Assembly (NCBI GenBank): GCA_963783575.1
Contig: CAWAOD010000010.1
Span: forward strand, 32,001-96,000
Reading direction: 5' to 3'
Origin: an uncultured Spirochaetota bacterium
Lineage (GTDB): Bacteria; Spirochaetota; Brevinematia; Brevinematales; JAOACQ01
Length of the DNA: 64,000 nucleotides
Position numbers and translations under genes: made by a program. The first letter of the stretch is position 1, and each line of letters opens with the position of its first letter. The notes beneath the pieces were generated by a model that saw only the letters and a program-made list of their open reading frames with translations, was not told where the DNA came from and searched no databases. Positions 34,482 through 45,468 of the stretch are shown here, in pieces.

Positions 34482-36068
34482 ATGAACGGAAAAAAAATAG
34501 TATTAGTATCGGGTATGGTTTTTATGCTGGGCTTTTTGCTCTATTCATGTTCCACAACACCAGCCAGCAATAGCAGCAACAGTTCCAATAACAGCAAAAG
34601 TAGCAGCACGTCAAGCCAGGTAAGCTCAACTGGCAGCATGTCAAGCCAGGCAAGTTCAAGCAGCAGCATCGCTTCCCTGGCTCCCGTAATTTATGTAGCA
34701 GCGACCGGCAACGATACGAACAGCGGAACGAATGCTTCCGGTCCGCTTATGACCATCCAGGCCGGCGTCAGCGAGGCCGCGGCTCTGGGCTCAACCAACA
34801 TCTATGTCGCCGCCGGTGTTTACCTGCCGGGCAGTGGCTTGAATTCGACCGTAAACGGCTTGCTGATATCGAACAATAACATCAATCTCCTCGGCGGTTT
34901 TTCACCCGGTTTCACAAGCCGCACCGGAAAAAGCGAATTGAACGGCACCAACGGCATTTATCATATTATCATGATCTCGAACGCGCAGTATGTCAGGATC
35001 GACGGGTTTATCCTGGAAAACGGAAAATCGGTCGGCGTCGGGCCGAATGGCCTCGCCGGCGGTTTATATATGAATAATGCCGGTAACTGCATAATAAGCA
35101 ATACTGTGATCAGCAATAATTACGGAACAGGCGGCTGGGGAGGAGGGGTTACTCTCGACGGTTCATACCAAAACAGCATCATCGCCGTAATAGCTGGTAA
35201 CAATGTCAACGGTTACGGCGGCGGCATGTTCATTAACAATGGTTCGGGCAATTTTATCGATTGCGATTTCATATCGAATATCGGCCAGCAGGGAGCCGGC
35301 GGCCTCTTTCTGAATACTGGCGTCAATAACGTCATCTGCGGCACTTTCATCGGCAATAACGGAGGCACGGGTTCTTATACCGGCGGCGGAATCTATTGCT
35401 ACGGGAACAATAATACTGTCTCCAACGTGGTCATACAGGGAAACAGCGCAGGTTACGGAGGTGGAATATACTTCGATACGGGCGCCAATAACTGCATGGT
35501 TTACGGCGGGACGATCGCCAGCAATACCGCAGATAGCGGCAACGGCGGCGGGATATACTGCAACAGCCGGAGCCTGTTCGTTACCAATACGGCAATCTTA
35601 TACAACATTGCGCAGGCCCGCGGTGGCGGTTTATATTTCGACAGCCAGGCCTCAAACTGCACCGTCATCGGAGGGCAAATTATCGGCAATTCCGCTGTCA
35701 CCAGTTATGGAGGCGCGATTTATCATTATTGTGATACAAATATCCAGGTCAGGGATTCTGTTATCACGAATAACGCGGACGGAAACGCCGGAATAATCTG
35801 TCTTTATACGACAGGATATATTATGCTTTCGAACTGCATGATAGGCGGAACCAATAATTATAACGGTTTCGGGATATTCGAGACCGGCGGCGATTCAACC
35901 GGCCAGACCCTGCTGAACAATATCTTCCTTACCAATACTATTCCATCTTATCTTTATCATGACGTTAATAACGGTTCTATATCGACTGGAGCCGACTGGA
36001 CCAATATCAATGTTGCCGGTTTCACCGGCGCGGCAGCCGCCGGAGGAAATATAATGACAAATTTATAA
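34482..36068 (+). CDS. Surface lipoprotein with right-handed beta-helix (DUF1565-like)
   Basis: Start after GGAGG; lipobox LLYSC; Ser-rich linker; YVAATGNDTNSG; GGG[ILM]Y repeats; paralogous to the C-terminal part of 29282-32929. Confidence 0.8.
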   Translation: MNGKKIVLVSGMVFMLGFLLYSCSTTPASNSSNSSNNSKSSSTSSQVSSTGSMSSQASSSSSIASLAPVIYVAATGNDTNSGTNASGPLMTIQAGVSEAAALGSTNIYVAAGVYLPGSGLNSTVNGLLISNNNINLLGGFSPGFTSRTGKSELNGTNGIYHIIMISNAQYVRIDGFILENGKSVGVGPNGLAGGLYMNNAGNCIISNTVISNNYGTGGWGGGVTLDGSYQNSIIAVIAGNNVNGYGGGMFINNGSGNFIDCDFISNIGQQGAGGLFLNTGVNNVICGTFIGNNGGTGSYTGGGIYCYGNNNTVSNVVIQGNSAGYGGGIYFDTGANNCMVYGGTIASNTADSGNGGGIYCNSRSLFVTNTAILYNIAQARGGGLYFDSQASNCTVIGGQIIGNSAVTSYGGAIYHYCDTNIQVRDSVITNNADGNAGIICLYTTGYIMLSNCMIGGTNNYNGFGIFETGGDSTGQTLLNNIFLTNTIPSYLYHDVNNGSISTGADWTNINVAGFTGAAAAGGNIMTNL

Positions 36069-36133
36069 ATTAATAAAAAATCCGGGGCAGGAGTTGCCGG
36101 CAGGAATGATGAGACCAATATATAAAGCAAGGC

Positions 36134-36170
36134 AACACCGGCGGAACGAAAGGAGTTCGCCGGTGTTTTC
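36134..36170 (+). terminator. Probable terminator hairpin
   Basis: AACACCGGCG...CGCCGGTGTT followed by T. Confidence 0.6.
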
Positions 36171-36527
36171 CCCGATAGATGAGTTTTATAATATTATGTA
36201 GAATCTTATCATGAGATTTCTTGTAAATTTTATAGAAGGAATGCTGCAACCATAAATATTGAATTGTTCATTATATAAATAATCGTGATAAAAATACTTG
36301 AAATCAGTTAATCAAAACTTTTGTCATCCTGAACAGAGGCCAACATTTCTGAAAGACTTTTCATTTACTAAATGTTATTTTACAATCTTTCTCCGATCAA
36401 TAAATAGATTAAAGTTAATCATTTATTTTTTGAAAAATTTGTGGTATTTTATCTCTATGATTTTTTAAGAATGATTTCTAAAGATTTATTTCTAAAGATC
36501 ATACAAAAATATTGCCGGGAGACTTCA

Positions 36528-37862
36528 ATGGGAAAGAGAATTTATCGTTCAAGAAGGAACAAGGTTATTTCGGGGGTTTGCGGCGGGATTGCAGAATATT
36601 ACAATGTAGATCCGGTTGTTGTAAGGATAATTTTTGCTGTGTCGCTTTTGCTTCTTCATATTATAGCTTTTACAGCTTATATCGTACTATGTGTTGTTCT
36701 TCCAGTAGAACCTAACGAAGGGGTTGAAACTGACAAAACTGTAACTATACAGAAACCTCCTGAGGAAAAAAAAGATCAACCGGTTTCAATCTTCGCATCA
36801 ATTGCCGCCGCACTGGTATTGATAATTGCGGGAATTTTGTTTCTTGTTCCCGGTTCGGTTTTCGGCGTATGGGATATCACTTTCTTTGCTGCTGCGTTAA
36901 TCCTCATTTTGATAGGCGGAAAAGCCGGTTTCGATATGATAAATGAGAATGATCATTCATTAATTAAACTAAGCCTGGTTTTTATTACAATTACATATGG
37001 AATTTTTATTATATTAAACAGGTTTCAAATTATCGGCGCTGGGATTTACTTCGAATATGCCAAGAACCTTGTTCCTGCATTGCTGATTCTGATCGGTATA
37101 GACATAATTTTTAAAAAAATATCAAATAAATTACCGGCTATAATACTTGGCATACTGATATTTATCTTAATCGGCGCATATTCATACACAAGAGGCAACT
37201 GTAAGCCCGGATGGTTTTTCAATAGAATTTTCAATGAGGGATTTAATCCCTGGACCTGGCATGGTTACAGGCTTCATAAACGGAACAGATGGAATTTCAT
37301 GAATTTTTCAGGTTCTTACGATATACCTAAAAATATTTCAAACATCAATTTTAATATAAGAAATTCGGGTGGAAATCTGACTGTGGGCGATTCAGGTAAA
37401 CTTGCCGAATACAACGGAGAGGGAATCGCCCCCGAAATTTCCACGAATTATAACGGAACTTCATTAATTGTCGATTTTGCAAGCCATGCAGCAAATACAA
37501 AACTCTTTGTCAGCCGGGAAAAGATCTCAAATATTGAATTATATGTCTCTGCCGGAAACCTTGACGGCAATCTCGAAAATATAGACATCCGGAACTTAAG
37601 AGTTTCTGTAAGCGGAGGAAGCACATCACTCAGGATTAGTGATAAAACAAGAGAGGCAGAAATTGAAGGAAATGCCGGAAATACCAAAATCGGGCTTCCC
37701 AGAAACGTCCAGATAAGGATCAAAGCCGAAGGGACATTTTCCCGCATAGAAATTCCGGATGATTTCCACTTGATAAATGGCGAATATATTTATAACGGCG
37801 GTGAAGGAAAAATGTCAATCACAGCCAGTGTAAATATGGGGAATCTAAATTTTCATTTTTAA
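36528..37862 (+). CDS. PspC-domain membrane protein with C-terminal adhesin/LiaF-like region
   Basis: IYRSRRNKVISGVCGGIAEYYNVDPVVVR PspC signature. Confidence 0.85.
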   Translation: MGKRIYRSRRNKVISGVCGGIAEYYNVDPVVVRIIFAVSLLLLHIIAFTAYIVLCVVLPVEPNEGVETDKTVTIQKPPEEKKDQPVSIFASIAAALVLIIAGILFLVPGSVFGVWDITFFAAALILILIGGKAGFDMINENDHSLIKLSLVFITITYGIFIILNRFQIIGAGIYFEYAKNLVPALLILIGIDIIFKKISNKLPAIILGILIFILIGAYSYTRGNCKPGWFFNRIFNEGFNPWTWHGYRLHKRNRWNFMNFSGSYDIPKNISNINFNIRNSGGNLTVGDSGKLAEYNGEGIAPEISTNYNGTSLIVDFASHAANTKLFVSREKISNIELYVSAGNLDGNLENIDIRNLRVSVSGGSTSLRISDKTREAEIEGNAGNTKIGLPRNVQIRIKAEGTFSRIEIPDDFHLINGEYIYNGGEGKMSITASVNMGNLNFHF

Positions 37863-37999
37863 GGTTTTCCCGGCAATTGTGTAAAAAATCTATTTTTACG
37901 CCAAAACCAAAAAAGAATATTATTGACAAAGGTATAATTTATAATAACCAGTGGTTATAAATAAAATAACAGCGGAACAGATTATTGAAACATCGCTGA

Positions 38000-38253
38000 A
38001 TGAGGTCACTTGGATAAAATGGTGGAGTCTATTGAAGGTGGGATGTTCCTCTGAATCATATTACCCATCGGCGTCTCTTCATTGAAATTATTCAATATAG
38101 CCATACGTGAAAATGTCGCATTTGTTCCGGGTGATTCCTTTTATGTGACGAGGAGAATGTCAACACTTTGAGGCTGAATTATTCATGCGAGAATGAAGCA
38201 ACGATCGAGGAAGGAATCAAGAGGCTTGCAAGGCGATAGAAGAAATTATTTAA
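38000..38253 (+). pseudogene. C-terminal remnant of PLP-dependent aminotransferase (MocR/ARO8-like)
   Basis: EGGMFL*...ENVAFVPGDSFY.../NTLRLNYS...IEEGIKRL with stop and frameshift. Confidence 0.7.
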
Positions 38254-38443
38254 ATCTTTAATTTATTCCAATTCCTGCGGTGGTATTCATGCTTTGCCGA
38301 TTCAGTGCATGGCTGTTTTGACCTTTCTAAGTTATTACTCTATAGTAATCACTTAAAAGTGGTTATTTTTATTCCTTGCTAGAAATAGTAAAAAATTTTG
38401 AGAAATAACTTGAAAATAATTAGATATCAAACTATATTATTGT

Positions 38444-38597
38444 ATGAAAATTGATAATACATTTTTTCTCATTGGAAGAATAAAGGAACATTATAAGGCT
38501 TTTCTTGAAAAAGAATTAAAAAAGAGAGGGATGAAGAATCTCGTTACTTCTCATGCCGATATTATTGTTGCGCTTAAAATATGCGGAGAACTAACCC
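38444..38597 (+). pseudogene. MarR-family regulator truncated by IS21
   Basis: FLEKELKKRGMKNLVTSHADIIVAL..GELT then IS end; the 3' part is not found on the far side of the IS. Confidence 0.75.
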
Positions 38598-38740
38598 TGT
38601 GGAAATGTCAAGAGTTTTTCCCATATCTGCGCTCGGGTAATTTCCCACCCCTTCCACAAGAGTATTTCCCATATGCTTCACAAGAGTTTTCCCCATACCT
38701 TCCACGTGAGTATTTCCCATAGTGAGGAGGCAAAGAATGG

Positions 38741-39490
38741 TTACTCAACCTCCTTATTCAAATTTTGTATTCTGTAAGATTCTCCGCTCAAGTTATAAAT
38801 ATTTGAATGATGTAAAAGCCTATCCAGAAGAGCGGTTGTCATAATCGGGTCTCCCATCATTTCAGCCCAATCCTGAAATCCCTTATTCGATGTTATCACA
38901 ATTGATGTCTTTTCATACAATTCACTTACAAGACTAAAGAATAGATTTGCCTCCTTCTTTTCGATAGGTGTGTAACCTATCTCATCAATGATTAATAAGT
39001 GTGACTTCATCATCCGGTTCAGCCTGAAAGCAGAGCTTCTCTGGATGTCCGCCGTTTTCAGAAACTTAATGAGAGTAGTCATCCTTTCAAAGCAGACAAT
39101 ATATCCCTTTTCAACTGCCCGGATTCCGATACTAATTGCCAGATGCGTTTTCCCCAGCCCCGGAGACCCAAAGAACAACAGGTTATGATGATTATCAATC
39201 CAGCAGAAATCCAATAGCTGTGAAACATCCATTTTAGATATTCCATTCACTTTTTCAAAATTAAAACCTTCCACATCTTTGCGGACCGGGAAGTGTGCTC
39301 CTGCCATATTCCGCTGAAAACGTTTTTCCACTCTATAATTCAATTCCAGAGAAAGCAGCCTCTGCAGAAAACTCAGATAAGACTCTTTTGCCTTTTCAGC
39401 CTCACCAATTTCCTCATCAATCCGTTTTATCATACCCTTCAACCCGAGAGTTGTAAGCGCAGTTATGATTTGTTCTCTTATCTTCAACAT
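38741..39490 (-). CDS. istB: IS21 helper ATPase
   Basis: GSPGLGKT, LIIDEIGY, LDRLLHH. Confidence 0.95.
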   Translation of the reverse strand: MLKIREQIITALTTLGLKGMIKRIDEEIGEAEKAKESYLSFLQRLLSLELNYRVEKRFQRNMAGAHFPVRKDVEGFNFEKVNGISKMDVSQLLDFCWIDNHHNLLFFGSPGLGKTHLAISIGIRAVEKGYIVCFERMTTLIKFLKTADIQRSSAFRLNRMMKSHLLIIDEIGYTPIEKKEANLFFSLVSELYEKTSIVITSNKGFQDWAEMMGDPIMTTALLDRLLHHSNIYNLSGESYRIQNLNKEVE

Positions 39491-41037
39491 TGCCGGCCCC
39501 CGATGGAGTCACAGAAACTCTGGTATTTCCCGATGTCTGATTTAGCTACTTCAAGATAGTGTTCAGGATTCACTGAAGGCCTGACAATCTTTTCAACATT
39601 CAAGGGTATTTCTGCCTTTTCTGTTATAAAACAGTTCAGGTAATTATCCCACAAATCCTTCATGGAATAACTATCACTCTCCAGGCAGTTTGAGATCGCT
39701 TGTGTAAGCTTCCCGGTATCAATTATCTTGTCCCTGAAGTATTTTCTTCCGGAAAGACATTGGTCCCTTACATAACGATTGAACTTCCTGAAATTACATT
39801 CAAGAAAATCCTTCCAGCCGGGAATATCAAAGTACCCGCTTACTTCTTCTTTCAATAACTGCACACTCTTTCCCATTTCCCGGATCATTGCCCTGTTGGT
39901 TACAATCTGCCCCGGAATCACTGAAAGCCGGTATTCGGCGATTTGCTCTCCCGTTATCCTGTCAAAGACAAAAAGCCGACTGCCCGTCTTGTAGATGTCC
40001 ACCGAACCGTTCCTGTATTTTTCGGGAATATCATACTGGCTTGCATCAACTGCGATCCGGCATTTATCGCTTACACTGCGCTCTTCCCTTGCTCCTATCC
40101 TGTCTTTACGGAATATCGAATTCCTGACAGATTGGAGATATGGTCTTTCCGTTTCAATCTCTATCAGTGGTATTTTCATTGTAGCCTGGGATATTCTCCC
40201 GTTGGCTTTTCTTTCCAGCCATTTCATCAGGCTTTCTTCCGCTTCCATTAAACTGTTGAACTCCCGGACTGAGAAGAAACCGTGCTTGATGAATTTGACT
40301 ACGTTTTCAATCTTTCCCTTACTTTCCGGGTCAGCAGGTCGGCACACATACATTTTAAGACCCATTTCCCCGATGAAATACTGAAAGTCTTTCGTGTAGA
40401 TGATATCGCCTGAGTTCTCACTCGCAACCATCGTGCAGTCCTGATCGATGACAAGTTCATGCGGTATCCCGCCCATATATGCGAAACAGTCCAACAGATG
40501 ATTGATAAGGTCTTCTGTCCGGAATGGCCTCTCCTGGAGGGCCGCATACTTAAAACGACTGGCGGATAACACCGCGGCAAATATGTAATACCTTCTGCCA
40601 TATCTGTCGGTATATTGACCGAAATCAAGCTGGAGCTGCTTTCCATATGGCATGTCAGGCACTTTTGTGTAATACCGTCGCTTTTCATTCAAGGTAAGCT
40701 GCCCGCTTTCAATCAGGTAATGTACGAAATTCCTCATCGTATTTTCATTCGCCGGTAGTTTGCCTTTTACCTCCAATAAATAGTCATACAAAGCAGACAT
40801 ATTCAGCCGGATGTAATCATTCTTTGCATATACTTTCAATATGTCTGTTTTTATTCCTTCGAATTCTTTTTCACGGAAAGAGAATTCCATCAGGCTTTTC
40901 TGGTATTCGGAATCGTTCATAGCCCAATATTTTCGGACTGTCTTAATATCTATTGACAGTTCCCGGGATACACCATTTTTACTTTTCCCCAAAAGTTTCA
41001 GTTTTTTTATGTCCTGATACATAATATTTTTCACCAT
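39484..41037 (-). CDS. istA: IS21 transposase
   Basis: QLDFG, SRFKY, DQD, PESKGKIE. Confidence 0.95.
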   Translation of the reverse strand: MVKNIMYQDIKKLKLLGKSKNGVSRELSIDIKTVRKYWAMNDSEYQKSLMEFSFREKEFEGIKTDILKVYAKNDYIRLNMSALYDYLLEVKGKLPANENTMRNFVHYLIESGQLTLNEKRRYYTKVPDMPYGKQLQLDFGQYTDRYGRRYYIFAAVLSASRFKYAALQERPFRTEDLINHLLDCFAYMGGIPHELVIDQDCTMVASENSGDIIYTKDFQYFIGEMGLKMYVCRPADPESKGKIENVVKFIKHGFFSVREFNSLMEAEESLMKWLERKANGRISQATMKIPLIEIETERPYLQSVRNSIFRKDRIGAREERSVSDKCRIAVDASQYDIPEKYRNGSVDIYKTGSRLFVFDRITGEQIAEYRLSVIPGQIVTNRAMIREMGKSVQLLKEEVSGYFDIPGWKDFLECNFRKFNRYVRDQCLSGRKYFRDKIIDTGKLTQAISNCLESDSYSMKDLWDNYLNCFITEKAEIPLNVEKIVRPSVNPEHYLEVAKSDIGKYQSFCDSIGGRQC

Positions 41038-41163
41038 TCCTGCCTTCCTTTAATGAATTTTCATTAAAGTTTAACTTCTATTTCCCCCTATGGGAAATCT
41101 GTTTGTGACAGGTATGGGAATTTCATTTATTGCTACCCTGGTAAATTAGTTTATCATTTCCAC

Positions 41164-41413
41164 GTAAACGGAGAAGAAGAAAAAGTTTTTCCTGCGCTCC
41201 TCGGGTTCGCCCAAGAACAGCAAGGAGAAAAGCTACGGCTGCGGTGCTCAGGCTTCGCCACATTTGCCTTTGGCATCTTTTTTGCTAATTTTGAAAATTA
41301 ATGAAAAGGGTTATGAAATGAAATGCTTTCAAATATTTAAAAGCCGGTTCTGGAATTGCAAAAAAGACGCCAATCGTTAACGCGAACGGCAAACGTCGCC
41401 AAGCCGCACCGTT
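41164..41413 (+). repeat. attC-like inter-cassette repeat 1 (5'-truncated by IS21; hybrid of type A and type B)
   Basis: Starts mid-repeat with type-A sequence (AGTTTTTCCTGCGCTCCTCGGGTTCGCCC), continues with type-B core, ends AGCCGCACC-GTT. Confidence 0.8.
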
Positions 41414-41480
41414 AGCTGAAATGTGCGGGAAAATGAATATTTATAAATCGCAGCATCCTTGCTGCGAAAAAGGAGCGAAT

Positions 41481-42710
41481 ATGTATAATAACAAAGAAAA
41501 TGGTACTTTTCATACAGGTGATTTCGTCAGTTATAACGCATGCGTTGGATATAATGGAACAAACGATCTTGAAACATATGAAATTGGATATGATATTGCA
41601 GTAAAGCAATTAATTAATTCGACTAAGTCTAGCCATATTCCAGTTGATGCTATTATTTATCCTATTGCATTTTGTGCCAGACAAAAGCTTGAATTATTTT
41701 TAAAAGATATGATTAAACATTTAGGCTATATTAAATATCTTATAAATAACTGTGAGAAAGAAAACTTAAAGTTAAAACATGAATTAGATAAATTATTTCA
41801 AAAGTTTTCAGAATTGACTCTTATTGATTCAAGATGCCAAAAAGATATAACTATAATAGAAAAATTTGTGAAAGATTTTCATGATATTGATCCAACAGGA
41901 CAAACATTTAGATATCCAGAAAGTACAGAAAATACTCAACATTTAATAGATTTATCATGTATTAATATTATTGACTTTGAAAAAATATACATTCCTTTTA
42001 GTGCATATTGTGAAAAATTTAGAGTTATGATTGAATTTTTAATTGAAGAATACATACAAAAAACTTTTATTGATGGTGTATCAAGAAATGATATTTTTGA
42101 AATTTCAAAAATGCTTCCTCAAAGATATGATTGGGGTAAACCTGAATTTTTGGTTATAAAGAAACAGATTATGGAAAAATTCAAAATTAGCTCAAATAAA
42201 TTTTCAAAAGTTTTAAATATTATACAAAAACATACTTATTTTTCATTAAATATTGGAATTGAAAATAAAATAAAAACTATATCAAGTTCAGAATTCAACA
42301 ATTATTTGGGATTATACTCGGATTTTATTAAGAGAATTGAAAATGAGTCATTTAATAAAGTTCAAAATGAAATTTCAAACAAAATAATTAAATTATTACC
42401 TAAAAAAGTAATTTATTCTTTATGTTCTTTGAAAGAAATTGGAAATCAAAATTTATATCCTGAATATCATGAGCAATTATTCACATATTATTCAAAATTA
42501 AATTTATTTTCTATTGTATTTGATAGATTAGTTAGGACCGGTTATCTTCTGTTTTATCTTAAAAAAGGTTTATTAGCTTGTGGGCAAAAAACTTTATTAG
42601 AGGAATTGGAGCAATTTGTAAAGAGTAATCCACATTTATTAGACAGTTATGATATCAGTAGACGGCCTGCCATTACAGAAGTTGATTTCAATGAATTATT
42701 TAAAAAATAA
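41481..42710 (+). CDS. Hypothetical cassette protein, possibly HEPN-like fold
   Basis: AAGGAG RBS before 41481; YPIAFCARQKLELFLK...KHEL...DPTGQTFRYP. Confidence 0.6.
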   Translation: MYNNKENGTFHTGDFVSYNACVGYNGTNDLETYEIGYDIAVKQLINSTKSSHIPVDAIIYPIAFCARQKLELFLKDMIKHLGYIKYLINNCEKENLKLKHELDKLFQKFSELTLIDSRCQKDITIIEKFVKDFHDIDPTGQTFRYPESTENTQHLIDLSCINIIDFEKIYIPFSAYCEKFRVMIEFLIEEYIQKTFIDGVSRNDIFEISKMLPQRYDWGKPEFLVIKKQIMEKFKISSNKFSKVLNIIQKHTYFSLNIGIENKIKTISSSEFNNYLGLYSDFIKRIENESFNKVQNEISNKIIKLLPKKVIYSLCSLKEIGNQNLYPEYHEQLFTYYSKLNLFSIVFDRLVRTGYLLFYLKKGLLACGQKTLLEELEQFVKSNPHLLDSYDISRRPAITEVDFNELFKK

Positions 42711-42773
42711 CTGTGTTATAACAACGCCATCCTTGGCTTTGCTAGTTGTGCCGACTTCCCGCACCCTTCAGCT

Positions 42774-43016
42774 AACAGCGGCTATATCGCTCCGGTGCTC
42801 GAAAAAACTTTTCAGGGCGTAACGGAGGAGAAGAGAAAAGTTTTTCCTGCGCTCCTCGGGTTCGCCCGTTTTTGATTTTGTAAAAAGAGAAAGGAGTTCA
42901 ACTTGACTATGATGATTATTAAAATAGAAGTCATTATTTACGGGCTCACCACATTTTCGGGCCTAAGAGCGCGGGGCTAGCTCTAAGGCCCGAAAACGTC
43001 GTATAGCCGCACCGTT
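42774..43016 (+). repeat. attC-like repeat 2 (type A, 243 bp)
   Basis: AAC-AGCGGCTATA ... TATAGCCGC-ACC-GTT terminal stem. Confidence 0.9.
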
Positions 43017-43069
43017 CTACGCCATTACGGGCACAAGCTTGTTTTAAAAAAAAAGTGAGGTTAAATAAT

Positions 43070-43648
43070 ATGGAAAAAAAGAAGAATATCTATCAATTGA
43101 AAATCAATTTAATGGATACAAAACCACCAATTTGGAGAAGAATTTTAGTTGAATCAAATGTAAAATTACCTGATTTACATAAAATTATTCAATCAACAAT
43201 GGGCTGGACGAACTCACATTTGCATGATTTTATCATTAATGGAATGACTTACACATTGCCTGATGAAGACAATGAATTGGAATATATAGATTACAGAAAA
43301 ATAAAATTAAATAAACTAATTGAAAATGAAGGTGCAAAATTCAACTATATTTATGATTTTGGTGATGATTGGAACCACAAAATTGAACTTGAAGAAATAT
43401 TGCCATATGATTCTGCTAGAAAATATCCTATATGTATAGCTGGAAAAAGAAGATGTCCACCAGAAGATTGTGGTGGGACAGGTGGTTTTGAAGACTTACT
43501 TAAAATTATTAAAGATCCAAAAAATGAAGAATATGAAGATATGATGAATTGGTTACCTGATAATTTTGATCCTGAACATTTTAATATAAATGAAATAAAT
43601 GAATTATTACAAAAAAAGGATTATGGTTGCATAACAATTTATGATTAA
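43070..43648 (+). CDS. Plasmid pRiA4b ORF-3 family protein
   Basis: PPIWRRI, GW.NSHLH, YDFGDDW, CPPEDCGG. Confidence 0.9.
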   Translation: MEKKKNIYQLKINLMDTKPPIWRRILVESNVKLPDLHKIIQSTMGWTNSHLHDFIINGMTYTLPDEDNELEYIDYRKIKLNKLIENEGAKFNYIYDFGDDWNHKIELEEILPYDSARKYPICIAGKRRCPPEDCGGTGGFEDLLKIIKDPKNEEYEDMMNWLPDNFDPEHFNINEINELLQKKDYGCITIYD

Positions 43649-43674
43649 ACATTGTGCCCGTAACGGCGCAGAAC

Positions 43675-45468
43675 GGCCATGTAGAAAAAGTTAATTTCAG
43701 GTAATAATCCTCCATTCCCAAACAGTTTGTTTTTTTTGATCTGTCTGGAATCACTTTTTTATATAAAACCGGGCTGAATTTACCGGCAAAACTGCTTTTA
43801 TTCCATCACTATGCCATTATATACCTCCATAGACCTGAATTTTCCCGATATTGTGCACAGTATTATATAATACCCATTGAATATTCACTTTTACCTTTCC
43901 CCTCAGCGTAAATCGATCCATACCTTTACATGCCCTTATATTCCCGAATACAGGCTCAACTATAGCCATTCTTTTCGCATAAAGCTTTCTGCCTTCAGGT
44001 GTATCTATGAACTTTCTCATTTCGTCCGAGTAATGTCTGTTATCCGCATTCAATGGCCTTTGCAACATCGTGTTGCTGTCGAACTAACGTTCGACGGCCT
44101 TTTTGGCTATATAGTAGCTCTTATGGAACCTCCGTGTTCCCAAGGTTGTTTGATTTTATTTTAATTCTTCAGGAAGTCTTTCCGGAATGGACAATTACGG
44201 CAGGACAATAACCGGCAGATATACTTCGCGTATGTAATATGATTCACCGTATGGTTATTTCTGAACCGGAGTTCCTCTCCTTTCTTGCATATATAGACAT
44301 TCCTTATTGGGTCATATTGAAAATCATCGATTGTATACTGCCCTTTCTTCGCAGGCTTATGTCTGTCAGCGGTTTCAAACCTGCAATCGCGCTTCCTGAA
44401 ATTCGTATCCGGGATGACCGGTTTCATACCGTTTTGCGAAATATATTTCAGGTTCTTTTCGCTGAAATAATTGGTGTCCGCGGTGATTATTTTATCCTTT
44501 AAATCTTTTCCCAATTCTACTTTTGCTTTACGGATCATCCCTTTCAGGAATTCCCCCTCAGACCCGCTCCCAAAAGCTTCGGGATATACCACAACCTGAT
44601 ATTTCGAATCCACGACCGATAAGCCATTGTATCCCTGGATTACACCGTGCGATGATTTTATTTTCGCGCTCTGGTTATCAGTGACATTGGACTGCTTTTC
44701 ACCATGCCTTGATTTATCTTTCGGTTTTTCACTTTCCAGAAACTTTTCTATCTTTTCAGCTTTCTTTAAAATCTTCTCGATCCGTGCCAGATCTTTTTCC
44801 TTATCCTTCTCAGGAAAATCGCCGTCCTGATCACGCTTTTCATGTTCATCAAGCATTTCCTTAACCAGGTTTTCCAGCTTCTCTTTTTTCTTCTTCAAAT
44901 CCTTAAATGTTCCGCTCCATTCCTTTGATGCATTTGACGATAGTTTGCACCCGTCCAGCGCGAACATATCCCCGCCTATGAGATTCAGTTCGTCACAAAC
45001 CATCAATGTATTCAGGAATACGGTATTTATCTCATTTTTCATCGAAGAAACAAAATCGGCGATTGAAGTAAAGTGCGGTATTGAATTGGCGGAAAGGGCT
45101 TTGGCTATAATATTCGTTTTACACAAATACTCGATTTCACGTGATGTAAAAATACCGCGGGAATAGCTGTAGAGTATTATTTTGAGCATAACCCGCGGAT
45201 TATAAGCCGGGGCACCGGTAGCATCGTTCTTATACTTATTCTCAAAGATTTTAAGATCAATTCTGTTGTCAACAAGAAAACTGAGTGTATATTCGAATGT
45301 TCCCGGTATAATCTGCTCATCGAATGAGACAGGTATGAGTTCCATTTGATCGTAATTAACTTTCTTATATCTTGCCATAATTGCTTTTACCTCTTGATTT
45401 TATTTCCAATATATTTTAAAGTATATACGATATTCTGTACATGAATGACGGACTTTTTCTACAGGCTC
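43675..45468 (-). mobile_element. IS1182-family element, copy 1
   Basis: IRs GGCCATGTAGAAAAAGT / ACTTTTTCTACAGGCTC; AAC duplicated on both sides. Confidence 0.9.
43817..45378 (-). pseudogene. IS1182 transposase split into 405-aa and 83-aa ORFs
   Basis: GAPAYNP, SREIE, LDG.K, ADTNY in ORF1; RMAIVEPVFGNI in ORF2. Confidence 0.8.

Larger units (their letters stand above)
38598..41164 (-). mobile_element. IS21-family insertion sequence
   Basis: Ends TGTGGAAATG / CATTTCCAC; multiple GAGT(A/T)TT(T/C)CCCATA subterminal repeats at 38609-38721; istA-istB; no target duplication seen. Confidence 0.9.

Noticed and set aside
38609..38721. Short direct repeats as an independent array
   Set aside because: These are the normal subterminal repeats of IS21 ends.
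42903..42930. TTGACT in type-A repeats as an internal promoter
   Set aside because: No acceptable -10 at 16-18 bp spacing.
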